Shown here: positions 14,201 through 26,200 of the stretch, in pieces
Layout: the number at the start of each line of letters is the position of its first letter
How positions within the stretch are numbered: position 1 is the stretch's first letter
Source: Phoronis australis
Lineage: Eukaryota > Animalia > Phoronida
Length of the DNA: 64,000 bases
Direction: 5' to 3'
NCBI GenBank assembly: GCA_002633005.1
Contig: NMRA01000131.1
Location: 111,798 to 175,797 of the forward strand
Translations under genes and position numbers: made by a program
Notes under the pieces: generated by a model
What the model saw: the letters and a program-made list of their open reading frames with translations, nothing else
Databases searched by the model: none
Told to the model about the DNA's origin: nothing

Positions 14201-17200
14201 ATGAACAACAAAGACGGTGCATTAACTCAGGATACAGTCTGTGGGCGAGTGGGTTTCTTGCTTTCTGACAAAAAGAAGGAGAACTTCCGAATTGTAGACT
14301 TTGAAAAAGTTTGCAGGTATGTATTTTGATAATTTGCCCTAAAAAACTGTTAAAAAACATCATCCGTCAAAACTTTTAACTTTGACCTCTGTTATAAAAT
14401 GAGACTTAGCCCCGTTTAGACATTAAGTTTTGACACAGCACAACTGATACGGCATAAGATGATCGGTGTCAAGCGGCCATTTACACAACTCAGAAACGGT
14501 GGCGAGGCGGAAGTTGTAGACTAGAATGTGGAGTGCTCATGTGCAAAAAAGGACATTGCTAGAGTCACAGTTCATTATAATGTTGTTGTTGTTGTTGTTG
14601 TTGTTGCTGTGGTGGAGGTGCTTCTATGTTCTAATTCTCCCAAGTGTATGAAATTCCTGACGTTGTGTTTTGCTTCAATGATTTTTTGATAAGCTGATTA
14701 ACTACTTTCATCTATAGGCCTACTGCACATAACCAAGCATTGGAATTGAACCCAGTCTTGACTGTTAACCCATGTGTAATATTCTGACAATTTCCTAAAT
14801 GGTAGTCAGAGTTAAAGACACTTGGCACTGAACAACTGACTGGCAAATCATAAATCTTGCTCGAAAGTGATCTCCTGTATATATGTGCGCTTTTTTTCGC
14901 AAGCACAATAGAGATGATCTGTTCCACCTTGTCTCAGTTTTGTGTTTTGACATATATATATGGTTGGTTTACTTCACAAATGGGTGTCATTTGTCACTGT
15001 GGTTTGAATTTGCTCTGTGTTTGGGTTCTGTTTACACAGACACATACTTGCTCTTGATCATCTTGTTCCGTGTCAGATGATCTGTGTCAACTTTTGTAGA
15101 GTAAGTGTAAACAGCACTTTTAAATTGTTCCTTACTCAGACTGAGAGAATCTGCTCTTTGACAGAAGTGACAATTTGTTATAATTGCTGGCTTTACAAGT
15201 TGGCTTGTCACATCCAAGCTTTGTCCCAAGCACTCTGAACAGTTGCATGAAACAGTCCCTGCTACGGACTTGACACTGTTCCTTAACTTTTGACGTATTT
15301 GTGAACTTGTGAAACTACTGAAATTTTCTGCCTTGTGCTGTTTCATTTTTATTACTAAGTCTATTTTTTTACCTTGACACACTGAGAGTGAACTGTATGT
15401 TCAATTCTGAATATTATTGAAAATCAATAGGGATCTTTAATTATGAAATGCCCCTAATTAAAGGACTAAGTTGTTATTTATTTTGATTGAAATAAGGGCT
15501 CAGTTTTTAGATGGATGGTCAGCAAATGTCATCATGTTAAAGTGGAGCTTGTAATTAAGAGAAAATGCTAGAAAGACATAAAATTTGTGAGTAATTAAGA
15601 ACACTTACCTAACACATGGATTTTAGGGATTACTTTGTCGAGTCCCCATGTTTGTTTCAGGCAACTGGGTGCTGGACTGTCTGTTCTATCCTTGCTCAGA
15701 ATCACTTCTTTTCTACTGAGTACATAGGAATAAGTCTACACGTCCAGTTTAATAACAGTTGATGATCTAAATCAAAACTTTTCTTCATAATTTACAGCAT
15801 GAGAAGTGCTCTTGAGGGTGCTACAGTTCTTCTGGAGAGTTTTAATGGCCGTAATAGTGTGTGGATGACTTCAGTCAGTTTCGCTGCATTTACAAGAAAC
15901 TTGATTTCCTTGGTTACGCAACATTAGATTATGTGTCGTTTAAGTAGTTGAAATGCCTAAAATTCTGCTGCATTTCTTTTTGATATCAGTGACTTGTTAT
16001 CTTTGAATATTTTCTTCCAGGACTGCCGGATTAGAGCTCGTTGAGGTAATTTTCAAATCAAGACAAGGAAATCTAAACTGTAAAATAATTTCAATTGTTA
16101 AAAACAAAACTAGAGGAGTTGGAATTTCACTAGTAAAGTATAACAAATGGATCTAGTACTCTGAATTTATTTACTGCTACATTTGTTTGAAGTCTACTTT
16201 GCCCACATTTTGTAATAGTTTTCAATTTGGTTTATTTTTGTCAGTGAATTTTCAAGTGGTATGAACACTCTCAGAATTTTTCCGCAAAATTTTTACTCAA
16301 ATGAACGTGCCTAAAATAATAGCAGTGTATCATGAAAATAGACGTTGACATCAATAATACAGATAGAAATGCAAATGAAATGAAAAGTGTTAAACTATGC
16401 ATTGAACTTTCAAATCACATCGGTCAGTCTTTGCTTTAAAGCGATTGACCACAACTGTTTCAAGCAGCAGACTTAATACTTTGCTTATACTTTGTTCATC
16501 AACCCTCGTTTGTAGTTTCTGGGAATAATAGAGTCCTACTAGGTAATTTGTGTTGTGATCTGTTGATTTGTGAATAAATGCCTCTCCAGATGGCATCATT
16601 GTGTAATTCTTTGATTCAGGTTTTGAACAATAACATATAGTTTTGAACATACATTTTAGATTGATCTAGAGAACGAGCTTGAAGATCAAGGGCCCTTTGA
16701 TGTTATCTTCATGAAGATCACGGACATCTTGTCAAATGCAGAGAGTGGAAACACAGATGCTGTGAATAAAGTTTTCGAAATCAAGGTGTTTATTCCATAA
16801 CTTTCTGTACATTAGACAGATAGTGGTGGTGGAAATTATTGTACTAACTCATAATGTAGTTAAGCTCGCGTTTGTCAGACACGCATCAGTCAGAATTCCG
16901 CTTAACTCGGACGAAGTTCAGTGGTACGGTTGTTCCAGTTGGTGCACTCAGCCTTTCAGATTACTCCAATTTTGCCGTACTAGGATCAGTCAGATGAACT
17001 ATTATGGTCTGGTTGGGTCCGACTTGTTTGTGTTTTACTGTTGTATTTCTTGCGTCTGAATAATATAATCCTCTGTGTTATTGTATCTGCGCATTTCATT
17101 TATAGCAGACAAAGCTGATTAAAACTTGTGTTTTCCTTAGTGTAATACATACTGGCGCAAGCTGATCAGTTTTGGTGATAAGGAGGGCATGTGCCAAACT

Positions 17201-20200
17201 ATTCTGATTATGGCTGTTTCATGTTCTTGTTTCTCTGTCACTTATGTTTCATTCTATCATGTTTTAAAAGTGTTAATGTCTATTCTCAGTTAAAATATTG
17301 TCTAAGGTTTATTTAACAAAGTGCCATATATCACTTTATAGGTATCTGTAGGCTCCCAAATGATACCATAGCTCACTTGAACAGACCATTGATCTATCGC
17401 AAGCTCCTCCCCCTTGCAAAAAGTCGACAAATAAACAATAAGTTTTACCCGACAAGATGTTGTATGGCAAGTAAGATGGCAACTTGGAAACGAAGGTGTG
17501 TCAAGAATTCTGCATTCTGATTGGTCAGTTAAGCTGTCACTCAAAATCCTGATGATAGGTCAATTAGTGCAGCTTCGTCAGAACTGTCACATGATTATCT
17601 GACATGCAATTATTCATCAATAGACCTACATCGCCTCCCATCCTCGGATGACTGTGGTGGACACACCTGATGCAGCTAAGCAGGTCTTGAATCGATGCCG
17701 ACAAGTTTCTATCACTCAGCAATACACAGAACAAGCAAACGGTGAGTTCATACCTTGGAATTACTGTCATACTTGGCATTTGTACTTTTATTTTTGTAAG
17801 GGTTAACTTCATTGACTTATCTTTGCAGATTAGTGCTTCGAATAAAAAATCAGAAGAATCCAATTGATACGCGTTCCTTGCAATAATGGAAAATTTAATT
17901 ACTGCTGCAGCCATTGATAGAGTTGTTGTGGATTTACGTATCGGAGAGTCATAGTCTGCCTCTTATATTGTGGAGTTAACTATGATTGAAGCTGAACAGG
18001 CACCAGTGCTCACAAACAGTTTTGGGAATGATTATTTTGATTTTTCACTTTTTTGAGATATTGTTCTGTAGAATCTATAACAAAAGCATCACAGAGTGTT
18101 GGAATGCACCCATGACTGCATGCGTCTAGGACTGTTAAAAATGGTAACTAGATGACCTCAGAATTTGTCAAACCGTCTGAAAATGGAAATGCATAGTCAT
18201 GTTCCAATAAACTATTTACCAAATTTCATGAAAGTCTATTGAGGAACTTCAAAAATACAGAAGCAAACTTGAATGAAACAAATTGCCATTTAGAGGAAAC
18301 CTATTAGCCGGATCCATCTATCAAGTTAATGGGAATGTCTTTGTCAAATATTCAAAAGATCTTGGGAGGGGTTTCAGGAGATACACCCCCTAATGCAAAA
18401 ATGCCTCTAAGGAGCACCACAGTACTAGGATGTGTATGAAAATCCTCGCCAGTCGTGCTCTTGTCAGTGTTGGAACACATTTGCCAATTTTTTGCTCTAA
18501 CAATTTGGTAGATTCAGTGGCAGACGACAAAAAAAAACAGACTCGAAAATAAGCAAAATGGTCACTGGATGGTGCAGTAAATGCCGAATCTGTCCCAAAA
18601 TAAAAAGGTGCAGCTGTCATTGTAGAAACTTGTTTGCTGAATTTCCTGAAAAACCATGCAGGAACTTGGACGTTGCAGACTGAGACAAACGTTGAAATGA
18701 CGCTAAGGATCAGATTGGTCTGAAACTCATCATCCCAGTCGTTGTCAGTTCTACAGGAACACATCTGCCAAATGTCACAAAGATCAAGCAAAGAGATAAG
18801 AAAGTACAGACGCTGATGCCAAAAATGGACACTAGATGTCACCAGAGTACTTGAACGTGCCCGAGAATTTCTGACAGTCACAATCTTCAGATCAGGAACA
18901 GTCATTTGCCAATTTTCATGTTGATCCCTTGAGCGGCAGATAGAAAAGTGGTTGCTAAAAATGTAATTGAAAAATTTTAAAAGTGGCAACTAGGTGGTGC
19001 AAAATAGGTCAAATCTATCCAAAAATAGGAAGGCATCATCGTCTAATAAATTAGAAACCTTTTGGCCAATGTTTTGTGAAAATCCATCAAAGAGGTACGA
19101 AAATACAGAGGCAAACGTAACAAACTAAAATTGCCACTATGGGGCACAGCTGTAGTCAAATCGGTCCAAAACTTGTCATCCTGTGATCATCTTCATTGGA
19201 AAATCACTGATCCTTCTGGGTAGAAGGTTAAGTTGAGATGACCAAACCAGTGGAACAGTGGTGGTTGTGGACGCTCTCTGTGGACAGCAACATCAACCAA
19301 ATACCAAGCATGAAGGAATGTGGCCTTCTGGGTTACGGGCGTCTGTCTGGATGTTTGTCATCTTTTACCCTAATTTTAGGGATTCTATACACAGTGCGTG
19401 AAAGCAACTTCTGCCATGGAAATTTGTTCTGGGTAATCATTAGACTCTACTGTGCTTAGCCAGAAGTGAATGTGAGATGACCAGACTTGCTTTGGAGAAT
19501 CACTGATCCTTCTGGGTGGAAGGTTAAGTTAAATGACTAGACAAGCTGAGGCAGTAGTGGATGTGGATGCTATCTGTGGTCACTTACTTGGTAATTCAAA
19601 TACCTAGCATCCATTGCAGATGACTGTGTTCAACTTGGCTACGGACGACTGCAACCTCTCTCTGGAAGAGCCTAATGTCTATATTTACAAGAGGGTTCTC
19701 ATGAGTTTTAAATCAGGTGTTTTGTGCAGTGAGCCCAACCTATGTGGCCTGTACATGTCCGATGCTATTCAGGTACCGGACCACTTGCCGTTTACTTATC
19801 TTCATAGGAACACATCTGCCAATTAAATCTCATTAATGTACTGCAAGGGGGTTTAAAAGGTGCAGCAGGGGACACCCAGACGGAGATGATGGTGATATCC
19901 ACCCAGCTTATGTGTATGTGGGCGCTTAAAACTAAGTTGTTATAGCTCCTGCAGAATCTACGTGAAACAATTGATAATTGAAAGATGTTGCTCTGTGTTG
20001 ACAGAGAAAAGGATGGGCATGCTGCGATGTTCTATAGAAGACACTCACTTGTCTTATCCGCCAAGCTCCACAAGGGTAATTTCATGTACTGAATAAGTTG
20101 ATTGAATATTCATTTCACTTTTGTTTTTTAAATTCTCTGTAGGTTATTACTCAATTTGTGGAATAAATCAGTTACTACTCACCCTGCTATTAACATGTGT

Positions 20201-23200
20201 CCAAGAACCGACTATAATTCCTTTCAAATGGTTAGCACTTGGGCACTTGGCAATGATTTGTCAGTTATTTAAAAATTGGTAGTAAATGTATTTGTTCATT
20301 TGTAGATCAAAAGTTTTTCATACCTCTCTGTGCTGAAGTATCAGAGGACATGTGTACACAAGATATAAAGAAGATAGTGATAGAGTCCAAAATAAAGTAC
20401 CCAATCAGTAAGTTAAGGGTCAATTTGCTCACTATTTTCGTAGTTTCGAACCATGCTTCGATTTGTTTTCACATGATATCCCATTGAGACTGATCATCGT
20501 GTCAATGAATATAAAATATTACATTTTTTAAATTTCTGTTCTGTTGTCTTTGCTAAGAAAGTGTTGAAATACTTGAGTGTCAACAAACTGGCTGAACTGG
20601 AACCCTCATTTTAGTGACTTAACTGAGGAATGAGGCTAATGTTAACAGTACTGTGTGGGGTAGTTTTCAAAATAAAATGGATAGACTTCAACAGAATTCT
20701 GTCAACTTTGCGCTTCGGCGAACTGCTTATGAGAATTAGTTGGTAATTTAGTCAAGAATTTGTCTTATTTTTTCGAACTTTAGTCGGAGTTTTATGTTAA
20801 GTTATTTTGCCTATCCTCAAATTAATTATTAATTTTGTAAAAGCCTTGCATCATCCTCTGGCATCTGTTTGATGTTGCTAGTTTTTCCTCTTGTTTTAGT
20901 TTGCAAGTGTATCAACCCTTCATTAAAGCAGGTAACATTTCAATGTGCCCATGGATGCATGATCTGAGCTGATAAAGTATTGTTTCATTTTGTAGAAGGG
21001 CTAAAACTTAATGCATTGTTAACAATAAACCACTTTAATGTACACTGTATCAGTCAGTGTAAAAGGTTTGTTCAGATGATGTATTGATTTGAGCTTACTG
21101 CAAATTGATCTATTTCAAGCTCCGCTCCCTTGCAAAATGTCGACAAACAAACAATAAATTTTACTGGGCAACGAGTTGTTTGTCGGGTAAAATGGCGATT
21201 TAGAAATAAAGGTGTGTCAAAAATGCTGTGTTTTAATTGGTCAGTTAAGCCATCACTCAAACTAATGGGCCCGGTCTCCAATCTTTTTACTCGAAATGGA
21301 ACTCGAAATTAGGTTTGGCATTTTCTACTGTTACTTTTGGGCGAACACAAGATAAGTGTCTTATTATTCTATGCTCGAGTACACAATAACTTACATAGAT
21401 AATTTATTGCCCTTAGTTCACAGTTTGTAAACCCAATATTAAAGCAATAAGTTCGAGTTTGAACTTGAAATTTTGAGTTTTTACTCGAGTTTGTAGCACA
21501 AATATAAGGGTCTTCAAAGGCAAACTTGAACTGGAAACTCGTATGCATAAACTATGATGTATTTGAGCACAGCCTGATAACCAATTATCTTAAGTTTGCA
21601 CAAAAGGAGCAGAGAAATTGCCAAAAATAGTTTCAAGTTCGTTTCGAGTACAAAGATTAGAGACCAGGCCCTGGTGATAGGTCAATAAGTGTACAGTAAT
21701 AACTTGATAATACATTGTCTGTCATATATGAGATTTTTTGTTTCAGTGAAGCAAAAATAAAACTAGCTTGTATTCAGGTTTTAGCCCTTTTATTGAGACA
21801 CGTTGTCTTTTCTGTGCTGCTCTGGGATTTCTCTTGTTTATAGCATCTAAGCATATGCTTAACAGAATTTAGAATAATTCGCAATTTTCAAACTGTGGTC
21901 AGAGGGAGGTGAAATGGGCATCGCGAAATGACCCACATGTGATCTGTCTTGGCTTTTTACTGTGATTCATGATAACCAATAAGGGGTGCAATTACTGTTG
22001 ATAAACGTCATTGAAAACCATTGTGTTGGTTCGTGTTTTGGAGTGGAATCCCTTCGTTATCCTTTTTAATGTGACTAGCATTGAATAATGATGCGATAAA
22101 ATTTGAGTTCATTGATTGTTTCACTAGGAAGGTTCACCAATATTACCTTGATTTTGTCCAGTTTGAAGTTTTTTGTTGCCTTGGGGCTTCTATTGACAGT
22201 TGGTCTGAACCAGTTCATCTACTTACTGTGTAAAGTAAGCGAGAGATCTTTTCTAACTGAAATGTGTTAAAGGTCCTGACTGGTGCCTATGAACGCTGCA
22301 ATGTGTTCAAAATTTATCCCTGAAAACGAGAGCCTCGTTAATAGTCTCCAACCAGTCTAGATAAAGTGATTACTGTGAAAAACAAGCTGCCAGGGGTATA
22401 TTTTACACTTGAGCAGCATGTCACATTGGACTAAGTGCACCCACAGATGGTAAACATGGACTGGTTTCTAATCAAGTAATTACTATGAAACTTTCAAAGT
22501 TTTTTGTCACCTGGTTTTGTATGATGCAGTTTGTGAATGTTTGACTATTCACTTTTCTTTGGTGCGAAAAAATGAGTGCAAGTGTGAGTAAGTTTGAATT
22601 TTCCCAGTTTCTGCACATCTTCCTGTGGGGTGATAGATACTGCTTGAAGCATTCTAACTGCTGCAGCTTTCAGCTTTAAGCCAAAGCAACATATTTGCTG
22701 CCACTAACTTGGTTAAGGTTATAAAAACTGATAATAGCACTCAGTCTAGTACTTATTGTACCATGATTGCTCAGGCTACTATAGTGTGCCTATTGCATTG
22801 ATCACCTGGAACCATTTTTATGCTTTAGTCGTGTAGTTAAAACAAAGCTAGAGACCTGACTCATGTTTCCAGCAGTGTGTCCTGGTGGAACTCGAACCTA
22901 TGACCTTGAGTAAAGGAAGCAGACACTTATGCCACTGGGCCACACTGCCTCCTGGAGGTCAAGCTTATGTAGGACCCTTTTGGATAGAAAACTGTCGAAT
23001 TTTGCTTAAAAATGGCTGATCTAATTCATATGAAAATTTCTGATAAATTGCTTTATGCACTTTAAAGAGGCCTGGAACACAGTAAACAGACTAAATTGCA
23101 ATATTTAAAGTGTTTTTCTGCCACTGAAACAGAATTCAACCTGTTCACTAGGTACTTTTAGGTTTTTTCGTAAAGATTTTTAATTCTGTTGATAGCAAAT

Positions 23201-26200
23201 CATTTTCTTTTAGCTTCAAATTTCAAAAAAAAAATGACCTGTCAACTGCTCGCCACTTCGTCAATTATTCTCCCACAAGGCAAATCATGTCTTCGTAATT
23301 GGTATGGCAAGACATAGATATAGCACATTTCCTTAAATGGAAATTGGGACTTTTGACCTCAATCGACTTCAAGCAACTGACTGTGAGCACATTTATCATA
23401 AGTGGGAGGGAGATTAGAAACTCTGTGGTAACCATAGTTATTCCTTCGCGTATATTTAAAAAATCATGAATTTTGTAATTTTTTTCTGGAAATTTCCTCA
23501 CAGGGGAAAGTGAATTACTCTGTACTGGAGGTTGCAAGATGGTACATTCGCCTGGAATTGTTTCAAATATATTTTTGACTCAGTAGCTTTTGCATTCCAT
23601 GCCTCTTTATAAAGTACTGAGGATGTTTACCAGTATGATTTTTGTGAGCAAAATCAAAATTTGCATAAAACTAAATGATGATTAAAATTTCATTTTGAGC
23701 ATTATCAAACAAAATTGGTCAAGTTGTTGGTATAATGCTATTGTAAAACAGTTGTTTTACTATCTCCTTTTTCTTCTAAATTTTACTGGAAAAGACATGG
23801 TCACAAGACACAATTAATGGTCATATGGCACAATTAATGGTTACGTAACAGAATTAATGGTAGATTGGTATAAGAGTAAAAAAATCAAATGTTAGAGCTT
23901 CTCCATCATCAAAAAATGTTCTTTGTTGAGTTAAAATTTATAATTTTGTAGATACTTAGCAAAATATGTCGACTTTTCAGACCACAACAATATGAGGCAG
24001 AACAAAGAATGAAAAGCCATTGATAGTAGTTGCTTTGAAGTGTTGACCGGTTAGGATTCTCAGGTGTATGTCAATAAGTCCAACCATTCATGACAATGGA
24101 CAATTTTATGACATTGATATGCTCAGAGTGACTCTGAAAACATTGTGTAGCTACCAAATTCATGTGTTTTCCCATTCAATGTTAGGTAGACCTTAATTGT
24201 TGATTTCTCATTGTTTTTACTTGGCGAAATAAATTTCGCCATTGCAAGTATGTTGCTCTGTCACTAAGTTTTTTTTTTGTTTGTTCGCACGATACAGGTC
24301 GCAATTTTCATCCGATCATCACGAAATTTTCACATAACACGTACTTCCGGAAGTACTAGAAGCCTATTGTTTTTCGTCAAAATCGGATCAAAGATAGTGG
24401 CTGTGGCAGCCATTTTGTTTTCATTTATGTAAAAGGCTAAGAATCGGCACAGTAAATGGACCGGAAGTTTGCTATAAATATACCGGAAATTGTTTACTTC
24501 CGGTTAAAGATGGCGGAAATATCGGCGATCGCGCATGCGCACCTCGATTTTGGCCTAAAAACGTTTTCTCCTGTAGAGGGCGCATTATAAGACCAATTCC
24601 TTCGGATTTTTACAGTTATTAGTTTCTTATGACATGCTATTATACAAAGCCTAAAAACCGGAAGTTGCTTTCAACATGGCGGATCTGGCGCATGTTGACC
24701 CATTTTCAGTCGTGCTGGAGTGCGATTTTAAATGGGAGGAGAAAAAGACGTGATTTTTTGCATGTGGATTCTTTGAAGTATATTCTTTCAAATGGCCTGT
24801 AACAATTTTTTTCTCAGACTTACCGTTTTCGAGTTGACTTTGAATTTCTTTAAAAAACGCAAAATTTCATTTTTTTAGAAAAAATTACGGAGTTAGGCGA
24901 TACCATCAACTTAGATAGAATTTTGAACGGGCTTTCAGAAGATGTTTTCCATTTTTCGCTAGGACATCTACTTTTCGAGTTATTTAAGATTTTCTGATAA
25001 CGCTGTTCCTTTGTTGTGCGCTCTTGCTGCATTGATGTTGGTTTATCTTCTGTTGAACTAGACTGTAGCCTATTTCTTATTGATTTATGACATCTAAGTT
25101 TGTCATATGAATGTTGTGATGTTGTTCATCATCGCCACCACCATCATCATATTCGTCATCTTCGTCATCATCTCCGTCTTTGTCTTTTCTGTTAATTTCG
25201 CCAAGTGTCGCTCAAGACTGTAGCCTTTTTCTTACTGATTTCGGACTTCTACGTTCGTCATGTGTATGTTATTATTACTTCTTTTGTTCATCCTCGCCAC
25301 CATCGTCGTCATATNCTCCGTCATCATCTTTATCGTCATCTTTTTGGTTAATTTCGCCAAGTTTTGCCCATTAACTGCAGTATTATGTAGCTTCTTGGTT
25401 TTAGACCTTGTGTTTTAGGTTAATTAGTTTTTATTTTGTATGGATATGAGTTGTGTGGCTCTACATAAATTGCATGCTGAATTTGTTTACTAGGTTCATT
25501 ATCTTGATTATTCAAATAACTTGAGTTTGGGCTGCATACTAGGAAACAGTCAACTCTACAAATTCACAACATACTGATATAGTGAGTGACGGAAGCTTAT
25601 CTCAGTTTTCAGAGTCTACTTGGCTTTGTTAACATAGCTTTCGGGTCCTTTTCGAGTCTTTCTTTGGTGTCGACTGACTGAAAATTTCCCCAACCTCTCC
25701 CGTCAGGTGAGAAACCTATTGGCGACCATGAGAAACTGAGGTGTTGTAAATAGTAGCTAGGTCATGTCTTTAATCCCTGCTAAGGAAGGGGTTTTCCACC
25801 TAATCTGTATGAAGAAACCCTGATCAGTATTTGAATTTCCATTCAAATCCTCACTTAATTACAACACAAACTATCTGTGGGTAGAGCAGTATTGCACATG
25901 GTTGAGAATGTAGTCACTGGAGAAGACAATAGACAACAGGAATTGGTACACATTTAAAGGCACCCCTAAGGACAACTACTACAAGGACTTGTGTCTAACA
26001 GTGCATCACCACCCTAAGAGGGATAGGATAGGATAGGATAAGAGTACCCCTTCCCCTCATGTGAGAGGTTTTTCACAGAAACTCACCAGAGCTCAGTTGC
26101 ATAAAAGTTATATGCCGTATAGCAACAATGACGCCGCATCATCACGCGCCTCCTTATTGTTGAATAATGCACCTGACGTCATGCATCAATCAAACTTATC

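Noticed and set aside
18390-18989. 199 aa minus-strand ORF
   Set aside because: Lies within the HINE-like repeat, has a non-ATG start and no recognisable domain.
20005-20075. Candidate ITPK1 cassette exon (CAG...G|GTAAT)
   Set aside because: 71 nt breaks the frame; a 69 nt version needs a weak GAG acceptor; no ITPK1 homology and the model is complete without it.
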